This document shows, in pieces, positions 9,969-19,295 of a stretch of DNA of 64,000 bases (position 1 is its first letter; the number at the start of each line of letters is the position of its first letter). The translations under genes were made by a program, and so were the position numbers. Origin of the DNA: an uncultured bacterium (GTDB taxonomy: Bacteria > Patescibacteriota > Minisyncoccia > Phycocordibacterales > CAIZLB01); the NCBI GenBank assembly GCA_903848795.1, contig CAINHC010000021.1, positions 11,309-75,308 of the forward strand, given 5' to 3'. Below the pieces are notes generated by a model. The model saw only the letters and a list, made by a program, of their open reading frames with translations. It was not told where the DNA came from and did not search any database.

Positions 9969-10628
9969 ATGTGTTTTTCAGCTTCTGCCAGTTTTATTGC
10001 AAGCGGCGCCCTTGCCGCTCTTGGCGGGGTTTTTTTTGTTTCTGCAAAGAAGAAAGATAAAGTACTCGCGGTAATTCCGATAATGTTCAGTATTCAACAA
10101 TTTTGTGAAGGAATACAGTGGCTTTATCTAAACTCAGGATCTTCTTCATATATTGCCGGATATTTCTTTTTATTTTTTGCTTTTATCTTGTGGCCTTTAT
10201 ATGTGCCAATCATGGTTTTTCTTTTAGACAAAAGTGAAAGAAAGATATTGGGATGGTTTATACTTGCAGGAGTTGCGGTGGCGATTTATTTTTCTACGAT
10301 ATTTTTATTAGGCCCCTTAGATATACAAAGGGTTAATTCATGCGTAAGTTATAACTTTAGTTTTCCCTTCCAAAACTTTGTTGTTTTAGCATACCTTCTA
10401 GCTATTGTCGGATCCCTATGTATTTCAAGTCTTAATATCTTTCGCTATTTTGGAATAGTCGTTGGATTCTTAGGGCTTGTCTCATGGTTTTTCTTTGCGC
10501 TCACATTCACGTCGGTTTGGTGTTTTTTCGCAGCCATTGTCAGCCTAATGTTTTTCTTTTACGTAAAATACAAACATAAGGTTAATATACTATTGGAGAA
10601 AGTAGATAAGAAAGTTTTGCAAAAATAG
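9969..10628 (+). CDS. Multi-TM membrane protein (DUF6629-like)
   Basis: MCFSASASF start, QQFCEGIQW, SVWCFFAA. Confidence 0.6.
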   Translation: MCFSASASFIASGALAALGGVFFVSAKKKDKVLAVIPIMFSIQQFCEGIQWLYLNSGSSSYIAGYFFLFFAFILWPLYVPIMVFLLDKSERKILGWFILAGVAVAIYFSTIFLLGPLDIQRVNSCVSYNFSFPFQNFVVLAYLLAIVGSLCISSLNIFRYFGIVVGFLGLVSWFFFALTFTSVWCFFAAIVSLMFFFYVKYKHKVNILLEKVDKKVLQK

Positions 10629-10672
10629 ATTTTGATAATTATTACTATTTCCCCACCTTAATTATTCATCAT

Positions 10673-11572
10673 TCAACCTCTTCTAACAAGCAAAACCTTA
10701 ACAAAATCAAGCCACGTCTTACCCATACTACCTCTAAGCGCCCTAACTAAAGGCATCATCTTATTTGTCAGCGCAGCCTTTGCAAATAAATCAAAAACTT
10801 CTTCTTCTGTTTTGTAAGCTTCAGGTTTTTTTGACGCGACATATTTAATTAGTGAGCCCAATGCCTTAATTTCCTCCGCATGTGAGCTGGGCTCAAAATA
10901 AGGATTTCCAGATTCATCTTGTTTTAATTGATGAAGGCTATTATTACCATTATCTGAATCAACCGAAGGAGGGTCCTCCAAAAGCCACGGTTCTTTTGAA
11001 AGAACGTCTTGGACAAATCTAATTGACAACTCATCCATAACTGCTTCATCTAAGTTCCCAGAAACTTCTTCCAATAAATCACCCCTCTCTCCCCTAGAAA
11101 CTTGTAAGCCAGCTCTTTTAAAACCAACTCTTGAACTCGAATCAACTTCTTCCTCTTTGTAATATTGATATGATGAGAAATGTAACACCTCATGGGCAAC
11201 TATCTGTGCCCTACTCAATCTTGGCTCCAAATCGAGAGCGTCTGGCGAATATATTATGCGTTGATGTTTAGTCTGAAAACCAGCATCACCCTTAAGTTTT
11301 GGTGCGCCATCGGCACTAATGTCTACTGCATGAAAATGGTCCAAAGTAAGTGGTGGCATTTTTCCTCCATACCTCTCTAAAAATGCAGGCATTTCCCTAA
11401 GTACAGATGCAATTATTGTCTCATCTTCTTCAGTTTTTTTTATTTCCCACGGTTCTACTTTTTGATTATCAAAAACGTATTCCAAATAAGCTTTAAAATC
11501 ATCGACCTTGTCGCTTTCGCCAGCGAGCCTATCTACACTACTAGTCTCTTTTAAATTAAATTCCTTATTCAT
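10673..11572 (-). CDS. Hypothetical protein with HExxH zinc-metallopeptidase motif
   Basis: VAHEVLHFSS plus downstream LDEAV (gluzincin-like third ligand). Confidence 0.5.
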   Translation of the reverse strand: MNKEFNLKETSSVDRLAGESDKVDDFKAYLEYVFDNQKVEPWEIKKTEEDETIIASVLREMPAFLERYGGKMPPLTLDHFHAVDISADGAPKLKGDAGFQTKHQRIIYSPDALDLEPRLSRAQIVAHEVLHFSSYQYYKEEEVDSSSRVGFKRAGLQVSRGERGDLLEEVSGNLDEAVMDELSIRFVQDVLSKEPWLLEDPPSVDSDNGNNSLHQLKQDESGNPYFEPSSHAEEIKALGSLIKYVASKKPEAYKTEEEVFDLFAKAALTNKMMPLVRALRGSMGKTWLDFVKVLLVRRG

Positions 11573-11590
11573 ATATTCATTATTAAAAAA

Positions 11591-12100
11591 TTATAAAATT
11601 TTCAACTTCATCTCCTCTTTAAACTCGAGTGCGCGTTCAAGCATCCTATCAGCCTGTTTCCCCCAGTGAGCATCACACATTGGAATAAACTCCGATGGGT
11701 CTATAAAATTAATTTCAGTCACCTCCCCTCCTGGGTCTTCTACAAAGTCACCCTCGGGCTCTACCAAGCAAACTACTCGAGCGTGAAAAACTGATTCCCC
11801 AGTTGGTCTAATGGTCTCATGCATTCCCACAAGTCTCATATTTATGATTTTCATATTAGTCTCTTCTGCCACCTCTCTCCTTGCTCCATCTCTAACGCTT
11901 TCTCCGTTTTCTAATCCACCACCCGGAATTCCCCAATGTCCTTCTGATTCACGAACAACTAATAATTTATCATTCATAAAACAATAAGCCCTTACGCTTT
12001 CCATTTTCTTTCCTTCAAAAGCGCTATCATCATCGACATCATTATAAATGATTTCAAATTTTAGTCCGGCTGAGGTTATTATAGTTTTTTTGATTTCCAT
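11591..12100 (-). CDS. NUDIX hydrolase
   Basis: Nudix box GGGLENGESVRDGARREVAEETN. Confidence 0.9.
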   Translation of the reverse strand: MEIKKTIITSAGLKFEIIYNDVDDDSAFEGKKMESVRAYCFMNDKLLVVRESEGHWGIPGGGLENGESVRDGARREVAEETNMKIINMRLVGMHETIRPTGESVFHARVVCLVEPEGDFVEDPGGEVTEINFIDPSEFIPMCDAHWGKQADRMLERALEFKEEMKLKIL

Positions 12101-12122
12101 ATTATTTTTATTAATTAAAAAA

Positions 12123-13157
12123 TTATTCAGGTTGGCCCTCTGTAATCATCTTCTTTATTTCCTTATCAAAATCAGAATCAATTTTCTGATACTTATTAAA
12201 TTCTTTGTATTCAGAAATGGCTTTTTCGTCTGCATCTAGCTTGGAAATCTTCCCCTTACCATCCAAAACTTCATATTTATTGAATGTCAAAAATTGGTCA
12301 ACACTCTCTGCAAACTCTTTCATTGTAAAAGCATTACTTCTTTCTATTAGTCCCTCAATGTAATCAAAAAAGCCTGTAACTGTTCTTTCCAGTTTTTTAA
12401 TCTCACTTTCTTTTAAATAATTCTTTGCGATGGTAACATCAGATTGTAATACCCTACCTGTAGGAGATTTTTTCCAAGTTGTAAGACCCATATATGGCAA
12501 GGTTGCATCTGCCTTGTCATAAATTATTTCAGGTGCTGTTTTCCCAGTGATTGCAAAGTGAAATTTATTTTGAACCATAGCATAAAATTCATGACTCACA
12601 TCAGAATCTCTATCGTAATCGATACTACACTCGGCAAATATGTCTGTAATTTGTTGGTAAATTCGACGCTCGCTTGTCCTAATGGAGCGAACTCGTTCCA
12701 ACAATTCTCTAAAATAATCAACTCCGAATGTCTTCTCGCCCTGTTTCAAACGATCATCATCAAGCACGAACCCTTTTTTAATAAATTCACGAAGTACTTG
12801 GGTCGCCCAAATACGAAAATATGTGGCCTTTTTGGAGTTTATCCTATAACCTACGGCAATAATGACATCGAGGTTGTAATGTACAATTTCTCTGGAAACC
12901 TCTCTATTAGCCTCATTTTGAACTATTAGGAATTTCCTAATAGTTGCCAATTCCGATAATTCTTGAGATGAATAAATGTTCTTAAGGTGTTCATGTATTG
13001 TAGGGATAGAAACATCAAAAAGCTCTGCGATAAGCTTTTGAGTTAACCAAATTGTTTCCCCTTCTATTCTGACCTCAATTTTAGGCATCCCCGCCTCATT
13101 GCCAAACATGAGAAATTGAGCAATTTTATTATTTTTAGTGACATGATTTTCTTTCAT
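12123..13157 (-). CDS. rhuM: RhuM family DNA-binding protein (copy 1)
   Basis: ETIWLTQKLIAELF, YNLDVIIAVGYRINS, FRIWAT, ERVRSIRTSERR, IAKNYL. Confidence 0.85.
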   Translation of the reverse strand: MKENHVTKNNKIAQFLMFGNEAGMPKIEVRIEGETIWLTQKLIAELFDVSIPTIHEHLKNIYSSQELSELATIRKFLIVQNEANREVSREIVHYNLDVIIAVGYRINSKKATYFRIWATQVLREFIKKGFVLDDDRLKQGEKTFGVDYFRELLERVRSIRTSERRIYQQITDIFAECSIDYDRDSDVSHEFYAMVQNKFHFAITGKTAPEIIYDKADATLPYMGLTTWKKSPTGRVLQSDVTIAKNYLKESEIKKLERTVTGFFDYIEGLIERSNAFTMKEFAESVDQFLTFNKYEVLDGKGKISKLDADEKAISEYKEFNKYQKIDSDFDKEIKKMITEGQPE

Positions 13158-13281
13158 AGTGCAGTCAGTTTATCACAAAAGAGACGATGTCTCTAGCTTA
13201 AGAATTTTTTAGGAATTTTTCTCATGTAACCAACTATTTATCACCAAGATCCTTTTTCTCACCCCACTGCCAACGAGGCTT

Positions 13282-13488
13282 TTATCCTTTTTTGTAGCAT
13301 ATATATATTAATAATCCAGTGAGTAAAAACACTCCCGCTAGACCAAGGATCCAATTATATTTTATAGTTAAGGTTAAGGGGATAAAGATGATAAGCCAGA
13401 TAAGCAAAACAAGCCACCCCTCCCAAGTGGCAGGAGTCCATCCATATCCATAAGTCTTATTAACAAACCATATCTTATTTTTTTTCAT
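13282..13488 (-). CDS. Small membrane protein (possibly prematurely terminated)
   Basis: WF..KTYGYGWTPATWEGW plus 2 TM; frame continues KPRWQWG.. after the TAA. Confidence 0.6.
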   Translation of the reverse strand: MKKNKIWFVNKTYGYGWTPATWEGWLVLLIWLIIFIPLTLTIKYNWILGLAGVFLLTGLLIYICYKKG

Positions 13489-13506
13489 CTGAGTTATTTT
13501 GTTAGG

Positions 13507-13878
13507 CTATTTTGTAACGCAATTCTTGTATGTCATATTATCCTGACTACCTTCTGTTACAAAAGCGGTATTTCCCTTATTCCAAAAAACTATCGATTCA
13601 TCATCGTTAGCGTAACGAGCGCCAGAGGCAGAAATTGTCTGAGGCAAGAATAATTCTGGACCACCACTTAGAGTTACGTAAGTTGCGCTTTTATAAAAGA
13701 TGGCGTGTATATTTTTGTTACCCTCGCACTGAAATACGACATCACTAACCTTATTCCCCAATACTTCTTGTACGCCAAGCTTTTTACCTAGAAAAATACC
13801 GAGTCCAAAAACTCCAACGAATAATATAATTGCCACGGTTTGTGAAAGCCGGGTGACTTTGTTCCATTTAATTTTCAT
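13507..13878 (-). CDS. mliC: MliC/PliC-family lysozyme inhibitor, membrane anchored
   Basis: LPQTISASGARYAN...FWNKGN and paired Cys. Confidence 0.75.
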   Translation of the reverse strand: MKIKWNKVTRLSQTVAIILFVGVFGLGIFLGKKLGVQEVLGNKVSDVVFQCEGNKNIHAIFYKSATYVTLSGGPELFLPQTISASGARYANDDESIVFWNKGNTAFVTEGSQDNMTYKNCVTK

Positions 13879-13990
13879 AATAGAAGTATATCATGCCTAT
13901 ATAAATTCGTACCCCAGCCAGCAGGTGAGCCCGTGTCGATTCCACTAAATCATCTACTGAAACTAGCACTTCATTTTACTTCTCATTCTT

Positions 13991-14017
13991 GAGCTACCGT
14001 GGATTCCTCGGTAGCTC
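13991..14017. terminator. Stem-loop downstream of the 579-aa gene
   Basis: GAGCTACCG-tggattcct-CGGTAGCTC inverted repeat. Confidence 0.45.
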
Positions 14018-14044
14018 GATTTAAGCATCATTTTTATAAATAAA

Positions 14045-15784
14045 CTACAGAACATCATTTAAAGATCTAAAACCAAAAGTTTGATATTTATTTTTTAAAA
14101 TCGATGGACCTGGCCATTTACTATCATGCTTTTTTCTTTCTTCTGTGTACCAATCTATAATATTTGTTGGTTTATAACCTTCGGGTATCTTATTCCACGC
14201 GTCCCTAACTTCTTCAGCCCAATCTTCGTATTGCAAGAAAGTCATTTTATACTTTTCCTTTCCGATCAGATCATAAAAGGGTTTTCGTCCAAAATTTGAA
14301 TATTTTTCTTTTAAGCTACCAACCTTAGGCCATGTTTTACTGTGCTCTCTTTTTCTTTCTTGTTCATACCAACTCCACAAACTTCTTGGTCTTTCATTTT
14401 CTGGTAACTGACTCCATGCGCTTACAACTTCCTTTAACCAATCTTCATATGGAAGGTAATCCTTATCTCTATAATTATCTTTACCCACAACATCATTCAC
14501 AGATTTAAAACCATGAATTGAATATCGTTTTTTTAATCTTGAATAACTAGGCCAAGTCTTATTGTGATTAACACGTTTTTCCTCGCCGTACCAATCTTCC
14601 ATATCTCTTTGTTTCTCATGCTCCGGTACCTTACCCCGCGCATCCTTAACTTCTCTGGACCAATCCTCATATGGAAGATAATCCTTATCTAAATGATTTT
14701 CCCTACCAACAGCGGTCGTCAACGTTGTAAACCCATAGGGAGAATATTTTATTTTTAGTATTTTTGAACTTGGCCAGGCATTATGACTCTTTCTTTTTTT
14801 GTTATACCATTTTTCAATATCACCTTTTTTTTCTTTATCTGACGTTTCGTCCCATGCGATTTTAACTTCCTCAGACCAATCTTCATATGGTAAATGCTTT
14901 ACACGTTCTCTTTTAAAAAATTCTGATTGCAAGAACCCCTCAGATAAAGCCTCATCACTTATAGATCCTTCTTGTTCCGGTAGTTCCTCTTCAAGATATA
15001 TCTTAATCTTGTTTCTCCAATTTAATGTTTGTATTATTCGTACCCCAATACCTGGATACATAGCAATGAGTGAATTTTTATCTTGCTTTCCATCAATATC
15101 CAAATCATCGAGTTGGATATGAAGCTCTTGCAATTTTTGTGTATCAAAAACATAACTCGCATTACCTTCTTCATCACATATATATACGGCTCGATTAAGT
15201 TCAGGCACAATAACTCTTACATACGGAGTTTTTCTAATCATCTCATCTTTTACCTCACCCTCTAGTACTAGCATTTGTTCTATATCTCTTATATCAATAT
15301 CAAAGTCTGTTTCAAGAATATACATAAGAGTCAGAAGTCTTGGTATAAACTTCTTCTTTTCAAAAGGAGTATCACCAGGAATTATTCCTTGATTCTCCAA
15401 TTGATCAGGTGGAGTGATGATTGTTTCTGTTTTTTCCTTTGACCCCTGAATGCTTATCTTGACGGCGTCAATCTTTGCTTTAACTTCCTGAATACGATCT
15501 AATATTTCTGAAATGTTTGGTAATTCAAGTTTTTTACATACATCGTCTTCTTGTTCCTGAGTATTTAAAGATAAATTACCTTCAAGATTAGGGTTGGTCT
15601 TATATTCATGAAGCAAGTCATTAATAAGTTCGATTGTATCGCTTACAGCTTCGTCTGCAAAAGATTCTATGTTTTCGACAGTAAGGGGTTTGTATAAAAT
15701 ACCATTTAGTCTTTTAATCGATTCCTCTTTTAAGACTTCAAGAGATTTATATAACTCTACCTGTTTAAATGGATTTTCTAACAT
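14045..15784 (-). CDS. Hypothetical protein with four C-terminal ~73-aa Trp-rich repeats
   Basis: LPYEDW..EV..AW...WY...K..H..WP....LK.KY...GF repeated 4 times. Confidence 0.7.
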   Translation of the reverse strand: MLENPFKQVELYKSLEVLKEESIKRLNGILYKPLTVENIESFADEAVSDTIELINDLLHEYKTNPNLEGNLSLNTQEQEDDVCKKLELPNISEILDRIQEVKAKIDAVKISIQGSKEKTETIITPPDQLENQGIIPGDTPFEKKKFIPRLLTLMYILETDFDIDIRDIEQMLVLEGEVKDEMIRKTPYVRVIVPELNRAVYICDEEGNASYVFDTQKLQELHIQLDDLDIDGKQDKNSLIAMYPGIGVRIIQTLNWRNKIKIYLEEELPEQEGSISDEALSEGFLQSEFFKRERVKHLPYEDWSEEVKIAWDETSDKEKKGDIEKWYNKKRKSHNAWPSSKILKIKYSPYGFTTLTTAVGRENHLDKDYLPYEDWSREVKDARGKVPEHEKQRDMEDWYGEEKRVNHNKTWPSYSRLKKRYSIHGFKSVNDVVGKDNYRDKDYLPYEDWLKEVVSAWSQLPENERPRSLWSWYEQERKREHSKTWPKVGSLKEKYSNFGRKPFYDLIGKEKYKMTFLQYEDWAEEVRDAWNKIPEGYKPTNIIDWYTEERKKHDSKWPGPSILKNKYQTFGFRSLNDVL

Positions 15785-16106
15785 ATTTACATTTTATCCT
15801 AGATATCGGTTATTATAAAGGCTTCTCTATTTTTTCCAACGCCTGTCTCGCTTAAGACAAATCAGCTTTATCTCCGTTTGACAACCTATCGCCGTATTCT
15901 TCTGGCGCCATTATTATCGCAATCTTTTTTCTTAATACCTCTTCATGCCCCCATTCAGATCGTTTTATCATAAGAACATTGCGATTATTTATAGCACAGG
16001 ACTAACGATTTAAAATATTAAGACTGCAAGTTGCTTCAACCCAGTAGGCAACAATCCACCCAAAATACCTCGAAGAATATAGTTTTAAAAAAACAATTAC
16101 AGACAT

Positions 16107-16856
16107 CTACAAAACCCTAAATACATAACCTTCTTTCTTCAATTTAGTTACTATTTCTTCTATTGCAACGTATGTGGCCGGCGCGTTCGGACCACCCAAA
16201 TGCATGATTATTACCGATTTATCATGAACTCCACTCAACACCGCTTTGACAATACCTTTCGAATTCTTATTAAAAGAATCTCCCGACGTTAGCCCAGCGT
16301 CAGAAACAGTTAATCCAATTTTTTGGGCCAATAGATCATCTTGTTGATTATGGCAAAGACCTGGATGGCGGAAATATTTTGGAACAACGCCCGTGAGTGC
16401 TGTAAGAATTCTTTGGGTCTTTTGCATTTCCTCAATTTTATCTTCATCTGTATTGATAATTTTTAACTTATAGCAGGGCGACTCAAAACCAGGGTGATCG
16501 TATGAGTGATTAGCAATTTCAATATCTGGATATTTAGCAATTTCCCTTATCAAATCTGGATATACCTCAGCGAACATTCCAGTAACAAAAATCGTGGAGG
16601 GAATCTTTTCACTTTCTAAATAATTAACAAGATCTTTACTATAATAATCAGAAACTTTTTTCTCATCCAACTTCTTTTTCATAAATGGTGTCATGTCGGC
16701 ATCGAATGTGAGATACACCACTTTTGATTTTGATACCTGAATTTCAGCCTTACTTTCAGCATCGCTTTCTACTTTTTTTGTATGTAAAATATAGAAGACG
16801 ATGCAAATCAAAATCGCCAGAATAACCGCAAAGATGATTTTTCTATTTCTAATCAT
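16107..16856 (-). CDS. Polysaccharide deacetylase (CE4/NodB), membrane anchored
   Basis: YLTFDAD, ANHSYDH, FRHPG, IIMH. Confidence 0.85.
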   Translation of the reverse strand: MIRNRKIIFAVILAILICIVFYILHTKKVESDAESKAEIQVSKSKVVYLTFDADMTPFMKKKLDEKKVSDYYSKDLVNYLESEKIPSTIFVTGMFAEVYPDLIREIAKYPDIEIANHSYDHPGFESPCYKLKIINTDEDKIEEMQKTQRILTALTGVVPKYFRHPGLCHNQQDDLLAQKIGLTVSDAGLTSGDSFNKNSKGIVKAVLSGVHDKSVIIMHLGGPNAPATYVAIEEIVTKLKKEGYVFRVL

Positions 16857-16862
16857 ATTAAG

Positions 16863-17885
16863 CTATTTATCAGATACATTCTTAACTTTCTTCTCAATCC
16901 TCTTTTGAACACTCCTGATCGTCTCCAAATAGGCTTCTTCTACTGGTGAAAGAGTTTTTACTTGATACTTCTTGTATTCAGTCTTGGCTTTTTCTAATGC
17001 TTGTTCATGACTTACGTTTCCAGAATCTTTAAGTAAACCCTTCCCATAATTTTCAGTAAATTTATCAAGTTCACTGACCCAGTCCGCCATATACATCTTT
17101 GTATGTTCTTGTGCTTTGATTTCAGCAAGATCAAAGAAGGCTGACACTAAACGATTAAGTCTAAAAAGTTCTTCTTCCGTGAGATAGTTTTTTGCAATCC
17201 CAACTTCAGAAAATACAGGTTGTGCACCAGAAAATGTTGTTAATCCCATAAAGTCCTTTTCTGCATCAGCTCGTGAATGAATTGTTTCAGCAGCAGTGTG
17301 TTTATTGGTAGCATAATGCAATTTATTTTGCACCGTTTTAAAGAACTTAATTGACTCCTGACTGTGGGGATCGTAATCCATACTAGTTGAATACAAATCA
17401 AGCACTTGACGATAGAGCACCTTTTCGCTACTTCTGATATCACGAATACGTTCCAAAAGTTCTTTCCAATAGTTTCCGCCTCCAGTACCTTTGAGGCGTT
17501 CATCGTCCATAGTAAATCCCTTGATAATGTATTCACGAAGCCTGGCTGTTGCCCACTGTCTGAAACGCGTACCCTGTATAGAGCTTACACGATATCCAAC
17601 AGATATGATTACATCGAGGTTATAGTAATTTGTAGGCTTCGTAGAAAAATCGGAAATTCCAATTTTTCTTATAGTACCGTATTCTATGAGCTCTTTTTCC
17701 GAGTAAATATTAAGAATATGTTCATTTATCGTTGAACGACTTTTATTGAATAATTCTGCCATTTGATCAATAGTAAGCCACACCGTCTCATTTTCAAAAC
17801 GGACCTCAAACTTTGGCTGACCATTGTCGCCTTCGTAAATAACTATTTCATTGTTAGATTTGTTAAATTCCATATCTTTTATCAT
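16863..17885 (-). CDS. rhuM: RhuM family DNA-binding protein (copy 2)
   Basis: ETVWLTIDQMAELF, YNLDVIISVGYRV, IRDIRSSEK, IAKNYL. Confidence 0.85.
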   Translation of the reverse strand: MIKDMEFNKSNNEIVIYEGDNGQPKFEVRFENETVWLTIDQMAELFNKSRSTINEHILNIYSEKELIEYGTIRKIGISDFSTKPTNYYNLDVIISVGYRVSSIQGTRFRQWATARLREYIIKGFTMDDERLKGTGGGNYWKELLERIRDIRSSEKVLYRQVLDLYSTSMDYDPHSQESIKFFKTVQNKLHYATNKHTAAETIHSRADAEKDFMGLTTFSGAQPVFSEVGIAKNYLTEEELFRLNRLVSAFFDLAEIKAQEHTKMYMADWVSELDKFTENYGKGLLKDSGNVSHEQALEKAKTEYKKYQVKTLSPVEEAYLETIRSVQKRIEKKVKNVSDK

Positions 17886-18001
17886 TCATTATCAGCAATC
17901 ATTTTATTAATAAACATCATATCAAATATATATAAAATGAGCTATTATAACTCTATACCACCCTACATAAAATAACCTTGAAAATAGGGCTTAAAAAAAT
18001 C

Positions 18002-18049
18002 GGCTGTGGTTACCACACGAAGTCAGAACCGTTTTGATGCTAGGTAAGA
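18002..18049 (+). repeat. Direct repeat copy 1 (overlaps MFS stop)
   Basis: GGCTG-N4-TACCACACGAAGTCAGAACCGTTTTGATGCTAGGTAAGA; 35/39 identical to 20424-20462. Confidence 0.8.
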
Positions 18050-19255
18050 AAAAATAGCTGCAAGCAGACAAACAGCCCCGCCAAGTATAATAGGCATTCG
18101 TGCACCCATAGCGTCCGCAAGCCATCCAGAAAGTGGTCCGCCAACAGCACCCGATCCAGTTAAAAAGATTCCTTGAAGCGCCATCAATCGCCCGTGCATT
18201 TCTTGTTTTGATTCGACTTGAATCATTGTAGTTGTTGCTGTCATGTATAAAATACTAGACGCTCCCACAAGAAAAATAATTGGTATAGCTACTAAGACAC
18301 TAGGAGAAAGTGCGAGCATCAGCATGCTAATACCAAGCATTGTAGCACCAAAGATAATATGATTCATTTTAACTAATCCCCTACGAGCTACAACAAGGGC
18401 ACTTATGACAGCTCCGACACTAAAAACTGAATAAAGAAGTGTAAAGTTACCGATCGTACCATGAAGGCCCCTGGTTACAAACAATGGAAAAGTAGTGGTA
18501 AAATTGTATGCAATCGTTCCAATAAAAGCGAGCATGCCAAAGTTTATCGCCAATAATGGCATAGAAAAAATATATTTTATACCTTCACCTACTCTACCTT
18601 TTGTTTTAGTAATCTCTGACTTTCGATACAGTTCCGAAGGTCGCATCATCATAAGACAAATTAAAACTGCAATATAGGAAATAGCGTCAAAGGTAAAACA
18701 CCAACCAAAGCCCACCGTAATAATTAGAAGCCCCGCAATCGCTGGGCCTAATATTCGTGACAAATTAACATTTGTACTATAAAGCACCACTGCATTTGGA
18801 ATATCATGTTTAGGGACCATTTCGCTTAAGAAAGATAGGCGAAGTGGATTATCCAATGAAAGCACTATTCCTCCAACAAATGCTAATGCATATAATCCAA
18901 AGAGTGGCGGATGTGGCATAAAAGCCAAAACAGCAAGACCTACAGATTGTACCATCTCCAAACTCTGTGTCCAAATAAGCAGACGTCGCTTATCAAATTT
19001 ATCAGCAATAGATCCTGCCCACAATGAAAGAAATAGTATCGGGCCATACTGTAGAGCAGAAACTATTCCAACAGAAAGACCGCTTTCAGTAATTTTCAAA
19101 ACTAGCAAAGTAAGGGCGATTTTTGTTAGCCAATTACCAGTATTTGAAATAGTTTGTCCTATTGTGAATAACCTATAGTTGCGATTCCTGAGCGATATAA
19201 AAGTCTTCAAAAATGTTTCTTTGTATTTAGGTGGTGCAAATAGTTTTTGGTTCAT
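18023..19255 (-). CDS. MFS transporter (MFS_3/EntS-like)
   Basis: ~12 TM; LRNRNYRLF..GQ.IS..G.W, GSIADKFDKRRLL. Confidence 0.85.
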   Translation of the reverse strand: MNQKLFAPPKYKETFLKTFISLRNRNYRLFTIGQTISNTGNWLTKIALTLLVLKITESGLSVGIVSALQYGPILFLSLWAGSIADKFDKRRLLIWTQSLEMVQSVGLAVLAFMPHPPLFGLYALAFVGGIVLSLDNPLRLSFLSEMVPKHDIPNAVVLYSTNVNLSRILGPAIAGLLIITVGFGWCFTFDAISYIAVLICLMMMRPSELYRKSEITKTKGRVGEGIKYIFSMPLLAINFGMLAFIGTIAYNFTTTFPLFVTRGLHGTIGNFTLLYSVFSVGAVISALVVARRGLVKMNHIIFGATMLGISMLMLALSPSVLVAIPIIFLVGASSILYMTATTTMIQVESKQEMHGRLMALQGIFLTGSGAVGGPLSGWLADAMGARMPIILGGAVCLLAAIFSYLASKRF

Positions 19256-19295
19256 ATAAAAAAATGTCAAAAAAACAAGCCTCGAGATCTCCAAG

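Noticed and set aside
15810-15971. Short minus-strand ORF remnant (MIKRSEWGHEE...) with an internal stop
   Set aside because: Too short and no recognisable family; cannot be supported.
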